NCBI GenBank assembly: GCA_965219685.1
Contig: CBDCOH010000002.1
Coordinates: forward strand, 672,001-736,000
Direction: 5' to 3'
Source: Candidatus Spongiisociaceae bacterium
Lineage (GTDB): Bacteria > Actinomycetota > Acidimicrobiia > Spongiisociales > Spongiisociaceae
Length of the DNA stretch: 64,000 nt
Below are positions 39,100-48,888 of the stretch, piece by piece (within the stretch, counting starts at the first letter, position 1; each line of letters begins with the position of its first letter). Both the position numbers and the translations under genes were made by a program. The notes under the pieces are model-generated. The model was not told where the DNA came from, ran no database searches, and saw only the letters and a list, made by a program, of their open reading frames with translations.

Positions 39100-39606
39100 A
39101 TGCGCATAACCTCCAGCGATGTGGAAGCCGTCAAGTTCCGGGTAGCTATCCGCGGCTACGCCGAGGATGAGGTGGACAACTTCCTGGACCTAGTCATCGA
39201 CACGATGGGCGACTACGAGAAACGCGAGGCCGAGGCCCAGGCAGAGATCGAACGCCTCCGGACCGCCCTCGACGAGTGCGTGGCCACTCGCCTGGACGAG
39301 GCCGAGACATCCAGATCGCTAAAGGAACAGGTGGCAGACGTTAGAGCTCGGATGCAGGAAGTGGTGGAGGAAGCCAGTCGAACCTCGGAACGGGTCGTGG
39401 AAGAGGCGCTGAGAGCGGGTGAGCACCTCCTTGAGCAGGTCCGATCGGCGATATCGGTTACCCCCGACCAACCAGGGCGACGACCGTCCGATCAGTCCCC
39501 CGCGGGGGCCGAGAGCACCGAGGCGACCTCGCCGGGCCACCTATTCGGCCAGATACGGACGAGAATGTCCTCTGCCCTGGAACGGTCACCTCAAGATAGT
39601 GATTAG
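39100..39606 (+). CDS. divIVA: DivIVA domain protein
   Basis: IT..DV...KF....RGY.EDEVDNFLD plus coiled coil; typical position. Confidence 0.85.
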   Translation: MRITSSDVEAVKFRVAIRGYAEDEVDNFLDLVIDTMGDYEKREAEAQAEIERLRTALDECVATRLDEAETSRSLKEQVADVRARMQEVVEEASRTSERVVEEALRAGEHLLEQVRSAISVTPDQPGRRPSDQSPAGAESTEATSPGHLFGQIRTRMSSALERSPQDSD

Positions 39607-39685
39607 TGAATGGTGAGTGGTGAATGGTGAGAAATACTAAACACTATTAAAACCGTCATTTTGATCCACCTGACACCTGACACTA
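39604..39685. repeat. paired heptamer locus between convergent divIVA and ileS: AGTGAAT GGTGAGT GGTGAAT GGTGAGA / ATCCACC TGACACC TGACACT
   Basis: Each arm starts at a TAG stop; AT-rich core of about 33 bp. Confidence 0.8.
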
Positions 39686-42600
39686 GCTAGCGACCTCTAT
39701 CTCGAAGTGCAGTCGGGCGTCCCCTATCGTGACGGCCGTGCCGCGGGTATCTCTTCGAGATGTCAGGGAAGTGGCTAGCACCTCGCCGGCGATGAGTTCA
39801 CGGTGTTGCTCGATGGAGGCGTGCAGGGCGTCGCTGTCCGTCTGGTAGTCGATCCGGATACGGTCCGACACTTCCAGTCCGATGTCCCGCCGAGCCCTCT
39901 GGATCCTGGAGACCACCTCTCTGGCACGGCCCTCAGCCAGCAATTCCTCGGTCAGAGCCGTATCCAGTGCAACCGACAACGCTCCATCCGAAGCCACCAC
40001 GGTTCCTGGTCGCGGATGGCGGGAGATGATCACGTCTTCGGTTGTGAGGCGGTGTCCACTGAGGACGATGCCACCGCGCTCCACGAGCGCCGCCACATCG
40101 GGCCCCGACAGTTCGGCCAGCGTTCCCGCAACCTTCTTGACAGCCGGGCCGAGGCGCGGACCCAACCTCCTGAAGTTGGCCTTGGCCCTGAACTCCACCA
40201 CGGACAGTTCGTCCTCGGAGGTTTTGACTCCCTTGACGTTGAGTTCCTCGGCGATTATGCGGGCATGGCGTTCCACGGCCGATGCGACTTCGGGATCACC
40301 GCTCACCACGGTGAGGCCGGCGAGCGGCTGGCGAACCCCCACCGCGTGGTCGGATCGCAGGAAGCGTCCCAGCGTGACGACGCTGCGGGCCACTGACATC
40401 GATCGTTCCAGGTCCTCGTCGATCAGATCCTCCACCACCGACGGGTAGTCGGTGTGATGGACGCTGGTGGAGTCCGGTACCAGCCCGCGATGGATCTCCT
40501 CGGTGATGAACGGAAGAACCGGCGCCAAGAGGCGGCTGAACGTGACCAGCACCTCGTAGAGGGTGGCGAACGCCGCCCGCTTGTCCCGCTCGTGTCCTTC
40601 GCGGCTCCTCCAGAACCGGCGCCTGGATCTCCGCACGTACCAGTTGGTCAGGTCGTTGACGAAGCCGAGGGCCGGGCTGACCACCGCGTAGAGGTAATAC
40701 CCCTCCATGAGTCGGTTGGTCTGCCCTATCAACGACTGGAGGACGCTAAGGATCCAGCGATCGATCTCGGGCCGTTCGGCGGCGGGCGGGGCAGCGTGGA
40801 GATCGTGGTATCTCATCCCGTCCGCCTCGGCGTACGTAGTGAAGAACGAGTAGGCGTTCCAGAACGGAAGGATCACGGTGCGAACCACTTCCCGCACGCC
40901 CGCCTCCGAGAACCGGAGAGGCTCGGCCCGCAGCACCGGCGAATCGATCAGGTATGCGCGGACCGCATCGCCACCATAGCGGTGCAACATTGCCGACGGC
41001 TCCGGGTAGTTCTTCAGGCGCTTGGACATCTTTCGCCCATCCTCGGCCAGGATCATTCCGTTCACGACGCAGTTCTGGAAGGCCACGTCGTCGAAGAGGG
41101 CGGCTGCGAGAACATGGAGCGTGTAGAACCAGCCCCGGGTCTGATCGAGACCCTCGGCGATGAAGTCGGCAGGGAACCTCCGCGGGAACCGGTCCTCGTT
41201 GTCGAACGGGAAGTGGAGTTGTGCATAGGGCATGGACCCGGACTCGAACCAGCAGTCGAGGACTTCGGGTACGCGCACCATGACGCCGGGGCCCGTGGAG
41301 CCTGCGGCCGAACACGTGGGACACGGGTAGGTGACCTTGTCGACCACATGCTTGTGGAGGTCATCGAGCCACACTCCCGAGCGTTCCTCGAGCTCTGCGC
41401 GGCTTCCCAAGCAGTCCTGATGGCCGCACACCGTGCACTCCCACACCGGTATACAGCTTCCCCAGAACCGGTTGCGCGAAACCGCCCAGTCCCTCGCGTC
41501 CTCCAGCCAGTTCCCGAAGCGGTTCCTGCCCACGCTCCCGGGTACCCAGTGGATCGACTCGTTGAGTTCCACCATACGATCGCGGATTTCCTCGACCTTC
41601 ACGAACCAGGTGGGGATAGCCTTGTAGATGAGCGGCTGGTCGGTGCGGTAGCAGAAGGGGTAGGAGTGGAGGATCCGTTCGCTCCTCAGAAGAGCGCCGG
41701 ATCGCCGCAGGCGTTCGATGATCCTGCCCTCGGCCTCGTGGACATGCAGTCCGGCGAGGTCCGGCACCGCACTGGTGAAACGAGCCTCGAGGTTGACCGG
41801 GTCGACCAGCAGGTCGATCCCGCTCGCCCGCATGGCGTACATGTCTTCCTCTCCGTAGGCGGGCGCCATGTGGACGAGGCCGGTTCCCTCGTCGGTCTCT
41901 ACGGCCGGGCTGGGGATCACGCGGAATCCCCCCCTGTCCCGGAGATCCTCGTAGTAGTCCAAAGGTGGCCGGTAGACGGTTCCGAGCAGTTGCCTACCCG
42001 TGGCGGTGGCCACCGGATCGCGCCCATCGCCGAACACGGCATCCACTCGAGCGGCAGCAACCCAGCACCGGTTGTCCTCCTCGTCGATTGCTACGTATTC
42101 CACGTCCTCGCCCACGGCCACGACGAGGTTCCCCGGTAGGGTCCATGGGGTTGTGGTCCATACGGTCAGGTAGTCACCGACCCGGACGGGCCCTGAGCTG
42201 TCCTCGACATCCAGGACCTCCAGACGGAGGGTAACGGCCGGATCGTCCACCTCCCGGTAGCCTCCCAGGCTGACCTCGAAATTGGAGAGGGTCGTTCCAG
42301 CCGCCCACGAGTAGGGGAGAACCTTGAAGGCGCGGTAGACGAGTCCCTTGTCCCACAGGGAACGGAACACCCACCACACACTCTCCATGAACTCGGGATC
42401 CATGGTCTTGTAGTCGTTCTCGAAGTCGACCCAACGCCCGATCTTGCGGGTGATGTCCTCCCACTCCGCGGTGGTGACCTCGACCATTCTCCGGCATGCC
42501 TGGTTGAACTCGACGACTCCCAGCTCCTCGATCTGACGGGGGCCCGAGATGCCAAGCCGCTGCTCGACTTCCATCTCCACCGGCAGGCCGTGGGTGTCCC

Positions 42601-42895
42601 ATCCGAAGCGTCGCTCTACCCGGTGGCCCCGCATGGTCCAGTAACGAGGCACGATGTCCTTGATTATCCCAGCGAGTATGTGACCGTAATGGGGGCTACC
42701 CGAGGCGAAGGGAGGACCGTCGTAGAACGTGTACTCGCGGTCCTCGGGGCGCATCTCGATCGAGCGCCGGAAGGCGTCAGTCTCATCCCAACTCGCCAGA
42801 ATCCGCGCGTCCAGGGTAGGAAGATCCAGTTTCGGGGACACCCGCTGGAAGTCGGTAGTGGCTCTCGAATCCGGGTGATCTCCGGGCATGGGCAC
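39683..42895 (-). CDS. ileS: isoleucyl-tRNA synthetase (type 2)
   Basis: DGPPFA.G.PHYGH, GWDTHGLP, WTTTPWTLP, EGLDQTRGWFY, KMSKRLKNY and YVRRSRRRFW. Confidence 0.98.
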   Translation of the reverse strand: MPMPGDHPDSRATTDFQRVSPKLDLPTLDARILASWDETDAFRRSIEMRPEDREYTFYDGPPFASGSPHYGHILAGIIKDIVPRYWTMRGHRVERRFGWDTHGLPVEMEVEQRLGISGPRQIEELGVVEFNQACRRMVEVTTAEWEDITRKIGRWVDFENDYKTMDPEFMESVWWVFRSLWDKGLVYRAFKVLPYSWAAGTTLSNFEVSLGGYREVDDPAVTLRLEVLDVEDSSGPVRVGDYLTVWTTTPWTLPGNLVVAVGEDVEYVAIDEEDNRCWVAAARVDAVFGDGRDPVATATGRQLLGTVYRPPLDYYEDLRDRGGFRVIPSPAVETDEGTGLVHMAPAYGEEDMYAMRASGIDLLVDPVNLEARFTSAVPDLAGLHVHEAEGRIIERLRRSGALLRSERILHSYPFCYRTDQPLIYKAIPTWFVKVEEIRDRMVELNESIHWVPGSVGRNRFGNWLEDARDWAVSRNRFWGSCIPVWECTVCGHQDCLGSRAELEERSGVWLDDLHKHVVDKVTYPCPTCSAAGSTGPGVMVRVPEVLDCWFESGSMPYAQLHFPFDNEDRFPRRFPADFIAEGLDQTRGWFYTLHVLAAALFDDVAFQNCVVNGMILAEDGRKMSKRLKNYPEPSAMLHRYGGDAVRAYLIDSPVLRAEPLRFSEAGVREVVRTVILPFWNAYSFFTTYAEADGMRYHDLHAAPPAAERPEIDRWILSVLQSLIGQTNRLMEGYYLYAVVSPALGFVNDLTNWYVRRSRRRFWRSREGHERDKRAAFATLYEVLVTFSRLLAPVLPFITEEIHRGLVPDSTSVHHTDYPSVVEDLIDEDLERSMSVARSVVTLGRFLRSDHAVGVRQPLAGLTVVSGDPEVASAVERHARIIAEELNVKGVKTSEDELSVVEFRAKANFRRLGPRLGPAVKKVAGTLAELSGPDVAALVERGGIVLSGHRLTTEDVIISRHPRPGTVVASDGALSVALDTALTEELLAEGRAREVVSRIQRARRDIGLEVSDRIRIDYQTDSDALHASIEQHRELIAGEVLATSLTSRRDTRGTAVTIGDARLHFEIEVAS

Positions 42896-42958
42896 CTCGG
42901 GCGGTTGGTGGTATCGGTCCTGCCCAGAAATTGGCAGTCGTACGCATGGTACTAGCGT

Positions 42959-43038
42959 GGTGGATGGTGGCCAACGAGTCAGCGGGCGAGATTAGGGCCG
43001 GTGAGGCGGTGTCAAGCAAACCAATCACCATCCACCAT
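42959..43038. repeat. paired degenerate heptamer locus GGTGGAT GGTGGCC / AACC AATCACC ATCCACC
   Basis: Inverted arms between divergent ileS and yggU. Confidence 0.65.
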
Positions 43039-43339
43039 GGCTGATCGGATCGGCCAGATGATACGTAGCCATCCTCATGGGGTGATCGTGACCGTTCAGG
43101 TCACTGCGGGTGCCTCGCGCACGGAGATCGTGGGCCCGCACGGCACTTACCTGCGGGTACGGGTGACCGCCCCGCCTACGGGAGGCCAGGCCAACCTGGC
43201 GACTCGCCGAGTCTTGTCGGAGGCTTTTGCGTGCCGGGTGGATCTGCTCTCGGGGGCGCGGATCCGGATCAAGAGGATGCTATTGCGGGGTACCGATCGC
43301 GACTCGGTTGCGGAAACAATCTCGTCATTGGCGCGTTGA
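43037..43339 (+). CDS. DUF167/YggU family protein
   Basis: V.V..GASR..I.G.....L.VRVTAPP..G.AN. Confidence 0.88.
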   Translation: MADRIGQMIRSHPHGVIVTVQVTAGASRTEIVGPHGTYLRVRVTAPPTGGQANLATRRVLSEAFACRVDLLSGARIRIKRMLLRGTDRDSVAETISSLAR

Positions 43340-43416
43340 AACTCTCTGGTTGTCCTAGTCTGGCTTCCACGTGCTAGCTTCACGGCCTCTGAGAGCGATG
43401 CCGGAGGTGGATCGAA

Positions 43417-43794
43417 ATGGCGACTCGTAAGCTGGCCGAGTCGACACTCAACCGGTTCAAGCGGCTTCTCCAGGAGAAGGAGAAGCAACTGCAGGCTGTT
43501 GTCGCCGAGCATGAGGCCGAACGGAGTGAGGTGCGAATGGCGGAGACCGCGGCCGAGCGCAGCCCGGATCCTGACTCGGCCGACGGCGGCTCGATGGCCT
43601 TCGAGTTCGAGAAGGAACTGTCGGTCGACCGGAATACGCGTGACATCCTTGCCCAGGTCCGCCAGGCAATCCTGGCGGTGGAGGACGGCACCTACGGACA
43701 ATGCCGGGTATGCAACCGGCCGATCCCTGTCGCGCGCCTGCGAGTTCTCCCGCACACGAGCCTATGCGTGCAGTGCGCCTCGCGACGGCGCTGA
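43417..43794 (+). CDS. DksA/TraR C4 zinc-finger protein
   Basis: Coiled coil with DSAD, and GTYG.C..C...I...RL..LP...LC..C. Confidence 0.92.
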   Translation: MATRKLAESTLNRFKRLLQEKEKQLQAVVAEHEAERSEVRMAETAAERSPDPDSADGGSMAFEFEKELSVDRNTRDILAQVRQAILAVEDGTYGQCRVCNRPIPVARLRVLPHTSLCVQCASRRR

Positions 43795-44243
43795 GCCCGA
43801 GGAGGATCAGAGCCACCCTGATTGCCGGGGTGGTGGTGGCGGCCGATCAGATCACAAAGGGATGGGCCCGCACGACTCTGGCGGATCACGATGTCGACCT
43901 GGTTCCCGGGTTTCTGCGTTTCCACCTGGCCGAGAATCCCGGGTCGGCCTTCTCCTTGTTCCAAGGTCTTGGTCCCTGGCTGGGTCTGGCGGCCATCCTG
44001 GCGTCGGGCATGATCCTGGTACTGGTCGACAGAACGGGTAGCCGGGCAGAGTTGGCCGGATTCTCCCTGATCCTCGGCGGGGCGGTCGGCAACCTGGTGG
44101 ATCGGGCGGTCAAAGGGCGGTGGCTGTCGGGTTCGGTCACGGACTTTGTCGATTTCAGCTTCTGGCCGAACTTCAATGTGGCGGATTCAGCGATAACGAT
44201 CGGGGTGGTGGTTCTCCTATGGGCGGCAAACCGGAGCAGGTGA
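43791..44243 (+). CDS. lspA: lipoprotein signal peptidase II
   Basis: DQITK, N.G.AFS, GA.GNL.DR, V.DF and FNVADSAI. Start uncertain (CTG overlapping the upstream stop). Confidence 0.93.
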   Translation: MSPRRIRATLIAGVVVAADQITKGWARTTLADHDVDLVPGFLRFHLAENPGSAFSLFQGLGPWLGLAAILASGMILVLVDRTGSRAELAGFSLILGGAVGNLVDRAVKGRWLSGSVTDFVDFSFWPNFNVADSAITIGVVVLLWAANRSR

Positions 44244-45160
44244 ACGTCCCTGCCACCCTGGATGGGACCCGGTTCGATGTCGCCCTCGCCAGTCTCGCGG
44301 CTGTGAGTCGCAGCCAGGCCCGGAGGCTGATCGGGTCTGGCAGGGCCGGTCGGGCGCCGGTAGGTAAGGAAACCCCCATGCGCCCCAATACCCGTGTGAA
44401 GGAGGGGGACACCTTGTGGTTTCTGCGGGAGGTCGTTGCGCCGCTGCTCCCCTCGCGTACAGCACTGGATGTCCGGTACGAGGACTCGTACCTCGCGGTC
44501 GTCAACAAGCCGGCGGGCATGGTGGTCCATCCCGGGCCCGGACACCATCAAGGCACTCTCGTCTCGGCTCTCCTTCACCGTTGGCCCGAGGTTGAAGGAG
44601 TAGGGGAGTACCCGCGCTGGGGAATCGTCCACCGCCTCGACAAAGACACCTCGGGAGTGATGGTCATCGCTCGCGCCCGGGAGGCGCACCAAGGTCTCAC
44701 CGCGGCTCTAGCCCGCCACAACGTACGGCGGACCTATCTCGCCCTCGTGCACGGTCCCTTAGATGTCCCGAACGGAACGATCGATGCTCCCATCGACCGG
44801 CGCCGGGCCCGCCGCTTCGTGGGGCCGGGAGGGAAGCCGGCGGTGACCCACTACCGGCAGGAGGCCTTTTGGACCCGGCCTCCCTTGACCCTTCTAGAGG
44901 TGACCCTGGAGACGGGACGGACACATCAGATACGGGTGCACATGGAGACGATCGGGCGGCACCTCGTCGGTGATCCGGTCTACGGAAGACCGGCCGGGAC
45001 CGGGGTCGATCCCGGCAGGGTCTGGCTCCACGCGCACCGCCTCCGCTTCACCCATCCGCTGACCAACGAGACCGTCGATGTCACCGCGCCCCTTCCTACC
45101 GATCTCCGATCAAGCCTCGCCGAACTCGGGCCTCCGACCCGGGGAACACTGCCTTATTAG
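44219..45160 (+). CDS. rluD: RluA/RluD pseudouridine synthase
   Basis: S4 domain, NKPAGMVVHP, HRLDKDTSG and TGRTHQIRVH. Confidence 0.92.
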   Translation: MGGKPEQVNVPATLDGTRFDVALASLAAVSRSQARRLIGSGRAGRAPVGKETPMRPNTRVKEGDTLWFLREVVAPLLPSRTALDVRYEDSYLAVVNKPAGMVVHPGPGHHQGTLVSALLHRWPEVEGVGEYPRWGIVHRLDKDTSGVMVIARAREAHQGLTAALARHNVRRTYLALVHGPLDVPNGTIDAPIDRRRARRFVGPGGKPAVTHYRQEAFWTRPPLTLLEVTLETGRTHQIRVHMETIGRHLVGDPVYGRPAGTGVDPGRVWLHAHRLRFTHPLTNETVDVTAPLPTDLRSSLAELGPPTRGTLPY

Positions 45161-45244
45161 GTGTTGGGTGTCGGTCGCCGGTTGCCGGTGTTGCGGGATC
45201 CTGCCAGCGAACACCAGCCACCAGCCGCCAGCCACCAACCACCA
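45160..45244. repeat. paired degenerate heptamer locus GGTGTTG GGTGTC GGTCGCC GGTTGCC GGTGTTG / AGCCACC AGCCGCC AGCCACC AACCACC
   Basis: The left arm begins at the rluD stop; the inverted right arm lies upstream of dnaE. Confidence 0.7.
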
Positions 45245-45317
45245 TACGCTAAGGTCACCCGTGACCGGGTTCCCCTGACCGGTGGTACGCAGCGGTTCAA
45301 AGGGACGGGGCCCCTGG

Positions 45318-48300
45318 ATGCCGGACAACGGTTTCGTTCACCTCCACGTTCATAGCGAGTTCTCGATGCTCGACGGCGCTGCCCGCATCAGCGAGGCGGT
45401 CCGGGCGGTTGCTGCCGATGGCCAGCCGGCGCTCGGCTTGACCGATCACGGTGTCCTGTTCGGAGCGGTCGACTTCTACAAGACCGCCACGGCCGCCGGT
45501 ATCAAGCCCATCCTGGGCGTAGAGGGCTACGTGACCCCCGGTTCCCGCTTCGATCGCCCCACCCGCTCCGAGAACGTCCGCTACCACATCACGCTTCTGG
45601 CCGAGACCCAGACCGGCTACGAGAACCTGGTGAAGTTGGTCAGCCGCGCCTTCCTCGAGGGCTACTACTACAAGCCCCGCATGGACATCGATCTGCTCTC
45701 GGAGTACGCGGAGGGAATCATTGCCACGTCGGGCTGCCTCGGCGGCCACATTCCACAACTGCTGGATCCCGACGCCAACCGGGAGGAGGGCAACCGGGGC
45801 GGCGCGCGGGATGTCAGTGCGGCCCTCGAGGCGGCCGCTACCTACCAGGACATCTTCGGCAAGGACCGGTTCTTCCTCGAGTTGCACGATCATGGAATGC
45901 AGTCGCAGCGTCGGCTACTGCCGGACCTGCTGGATATCTCCGGCCGTATCGGCGCGCCCCTGCTCGCCACCAACGATGCCCACTACACCCGTAGAGAAGA
46001 GGCCGAGGCCCACGACGTCCTATTGTGCATCCAGACGGGTTCCGTCATCGACGAACCGGACCGGCTGAGGTTCGAAGGATCCGAGTACTACCTCAAGACA
46101 GCCCGTGAGATGCGGGAACTCTTCCCCTCCGACGAGTTCCCGGGAGCCTGCGACAACACTCTCTTGATCGCCGAGCGCGCCGCGGTACGGCTCGACTTCG
46201 ACCAGCTGTTACTGCCCCATTTCCCGGTCCCCGACGGACACACCTCGGTTTCCCATCTACGGGAGTTGGTGACCGAAGGTGCCCGCCGCCGCTACGGCGG
46301 TGAGATCGGCGGCCCCGTAGCAGAACGCATCGAGCACGAACTCCGGATCATCGAGCGGATGGGGTTCCCTGACTACTTCCTGATCGTCTGGGATCTGATC
46401 CGGTACGCCAAGGAACGCCGCATACGCACCGGTCCCGGTCGGGGCTCGGCAGCCGGTTCGATCGTTGCCTACTCCCTGGGGATCACCGACCTGGATCCTC
46501 TGGAGTACGGGCTCATCTTCGAGCGGTTTCTGAACCCGGGACGCCGGGAGATGCCCGACATCGACATGGACTTCGATGAGCGGTACCGGGCCGAGGTGAT
46601 CCGTTATGCGGCGGAGAAGTACGGGTCCGACCATGTAGCCCAGATAGTCACATTCTCCACGATAAAGGGTAAGCAGGCCATCCGGGACTCGGCGCGGGTG
46701 CGGGGGCTCCCCTATGCCCTGGGAGACCGGTTGGCCAAGCTGATGCCGCCCGCCGTCCTGGGGAGGGAAGCATCGTTGGAGATCTGTTTCGAGGCTCCTG
46801 CTGAGGACGCTCAGCAGGTGGTGAAGGACTGGCACACGAATGCGGCTGGGCTGAGGGATGCGTACAACAGCGACGGAGACGCGCGTCCGGTCCTCGATAC
46901 GGCCCGGAAGCTGGAGGGCCTCAGGCGGCAGGACTCGATCCACGCCGCGGCCGTGGTCATCTCCCCGCGGCCGCTGGTCGAGTTGGTGCCGTTGCAGCGC
47001 AAGGGAGAGGACGCCGAGGTGGTGACCCAGTACGAGATGCACGGCATCGAGGACCTGGGTCTGCTCAAGATGGACATCCTCGGGCTGCGGACCCTGTCCA
47101 CGATCGACCGGACCCTTGATCTCGTCGAGCGAGGCACGGGACGCCGTCCTGACATCGACCGGGTCGACCTGAATGATCCGGCGACCTACGCGATGCTCTG
47201 CCGGGCGGAGACGATCGGTGTCTTCCAACTCGAGGGGACTGCGATGCGGTCGCTTATCCGGAGCCTGCAGCCCGACCGCTTCGAGGACATGATCGCTCTG
47301 GTGGCGCTATACCGGCCCGGTCCGATGTCCAATAACTGGCACAACGCCTACGCCGATCGCAAGAACGGGCGCAAGGCGGTCGACTATCCCCATCCGGCGA
47401 CCAAAGGAGTCTTGGGGGAGACCTATGGGCTGATGATCTACCAGGAGCAGGTGATGCAGATTGCCCGTGACATCGCCGGCTACACGATGGCCGATGCCGA
47501 TGCGCTGCGGAAGGCGATGGGTAAGAAGATCCCTCAGATCATGGCAAAGGAGCGGGACAAGTTCGTATCGGGAGTGGTGGAAGGCGGCAACGGAGCACAG
47601 TTCGGGAGGGAGTTGTTCGAGTCCATCGAGGGGTTCGCCGGATACGGCTTCAACAAATCCCACAGCGCCGCCTACGGACTCCTGGCCTACCAGACCGCCT
47701 ACCTCAAGGTGCACTATCCGGCCGAGTTCATGGCTGCCCTACTCACCTCGGTCCGGCGGGACAAGGACAAGACCGCCATCTATCTCAATGAGTGCCGAAC
47801 GATGGGCATCGAGGTGATCACCCCGTCGGTCAACTCCTCCGAGAGCGACTTCACGGTGAGGGACGGCAAGATCGTGTTCGGGCTCTCCGGCGTGCGCAAC
47901 GTCGGTGCAGGAGTGGTGGATCGGATCGTCGAAGCCAGGAGCAACGGACGCCCGTTCGGTGACTTCCAGGACTTCGTCGATCGGGTCGACACGCAGGCGC
48001 TGAACAAGCGCGTCGTCGAGTCCCTCGTCAAGGCGGGTGCCTTCGACCAGCTCGGCCATCCCCGCCAGGGCCTCTACCTCGCCTTCCAGGACATCCTGGA
48101 TGTGACCCTCGGTCGGCGCCGCCAGGAGGAAAAGGGTCAGTTCAGCCTGTTCGGGGGGGATGCCGGAACTCCGGAACTCGATCCCGTGGAGATTCCGGAC
48201 GTGGAATGGGACAAGAGGAAACTCCTATCGTTCGAGAAGGAGATGCTGGGGCTGTACGTTTCGGATCACCCGTTGCTCGGCCTCGAGCACGTGGTCCGGC

Positions 48301-48830
48301 GGCAGACGACCAGCTCGATATCCGGCCTGTGGGATCGGCCGGATGGCGCAGAGGTCACCGTCGCCGGGATCGTGAGCGGTATAACCCGGCGGTTCACGAA
48401 GGGGGGAGAGCCGATGGCATTCTTCAATGTCGAGGATCTCGAGAGTTCCGTGGAGGTGCTGGCATTCCCCAAGACGATGTCCCAGTCGGGGTCCCTCATC
48501 AAGGAGGACGCCATCCTCATGGTGAAGGGTCGGCTGAACAACTCAGGCGACGATCTGAAGGTACGGGCCTTCACGATCAGGGAGCCGGACCTGACGGAGG
48601 AGCCCGAGTTGCGCCTCGCCGTACCTGCCTCTGTGCTGGAGGAGCCGGCCACGGTGGGGAAGCTCCGGGACATCCTCACCAACCACCCCGGCTCCGCTCC
48701 GGTGTACATCGCCATGAATGGGGACGGCTACCGGAAGGTTCTCCTCCTGGACAACCGATACAGGGTGGAACGAACCTCGGCTCTGGTTGCGGAGATCCGT
48801 ACCCTGCTGGGTGCCTCCTCGGTTATGTGA
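45318..48830 (+). CDS. dnaE: DNA polymerase III alpha subunit
   Basis: FVHLHVHSEFS.LDG (PHP), GRGSAAGS, MPDIDMDF, HAAAVV, GLLKMD.LGL, YGFNKSH and OB fold; no intein. Confidence 0.98.
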   Translation: MPDNGFVHLHVHSEFSMLDGAARISEAVRAVAADGQPALGLTDHGVLFGAVDFYKTATAAGIKPILGVEGYVTPGSRFDRPTRSENVRYHITLLAETQTGYENLVKLVSRAFLEGYYYKPRMDIDLLSEYAEGIIATSGCLGGHIPQLLDPDANREEGNRGGARDVSAALEAAATYQDIFGKDRFFLELHDHGMQSQRRLLPDLLDISGRIGAPLLATNDAHYTRREEAEAHDVLLCIQTGSVIDEPDRLRFEGSEYYLKTAREMRELFPSDEFPGACDNTLLIAERAAVRLDFDQLLLPHFPVPDGHTSVSHLRELVTEGARRRYGGEIGGPVAERIEHELRIIERMGFPDYFLIVWDLIRYAKERRIRTGPGRGSAAGSIVAYSLGITDLDPLEYGLIFERFLNPGRREMPDIDMDFDERYRAEVIRYAAEKYGSDHVAQIVTFSTIKGKQAIRDSARVRGLPYALGDRLAKLMPPAVLGREASLEICFEAPAEDAQQVVKDWHTNAAGLRDAYNSDGDARPVLDTARKLEGLRRQDSIHAAAVVISPRPLVELVPLQRKGEDAEVVTQYEMHGIEDLGLLKMDILGLRTLSTIDRTLDLVERGTGRRPDIDRVDLNDPATYAMLCRAETIGVFQLEGTAMRSLIRSLQPDRFEDMIALVALYRPGPMSNNWHNAYADRKNGRKAVDYPHPATKGVLGETYGLMIYQEQVMQIARDIAGYTMADADALRKAMGKKIPQIMAKERDKFVSGVVEGGNGAQFGRELFESIEGFAGYGFNKSHSAAYGLLAYQTAYLKVHYPAEFMAALLTSVRRDKDKTAIYLNECRTMGIEVITPSVNSSESDFTVRDGKIVFGLSGVRNVGAGVVDRIVEARSNGRPFGDFQDFVDRVDTQALNKRVVESLVKAGAFDQLGHPRQGLYLAFQDILDVTLGRRRQEEKGQFSLFGGDAGTPELDPVEIPDVEWDKRKLLSFEKEMLGLYVSDHPLLGLEHVVRRQTTSSISGLWDRPDGAEVTVAGIVSGITRRFTKGGEPMAFFNVEDLESSVEVLAFPKTMSQSGSLIKEDAILMVKGRLNNSGDDLKVRAFTIREPDLTEEPELRLAVPASVLEEPATVGKLRDILTNHPGSAPVYIAMNGDGYRKVLLLDNRYRVERTSALVAEIRTLLGASSVM

Positions 48831-48888
48831 AGCCCTGTCGCCTGATTACTTCCTGAAGTGGTCTCCCGGCTGACGCCCACCGTTTCGC

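Noticed and set aside
40454-42139. Long antisense ORFs (for example 561 aa opposite ileS, 478 aa opposite SulP, 470 aa opposite SDR/PTER, 449 aa opposite the SBP)
   Set aside because: Shadow ORFs expected from high-GC codon bias; no motifs.
45318-48830. Intein in dnaE, or a dnaE2/imuAB mutasome
   Set aside because: Normal length and continuous motifs, housekeeping context, and no imuA or imuB.
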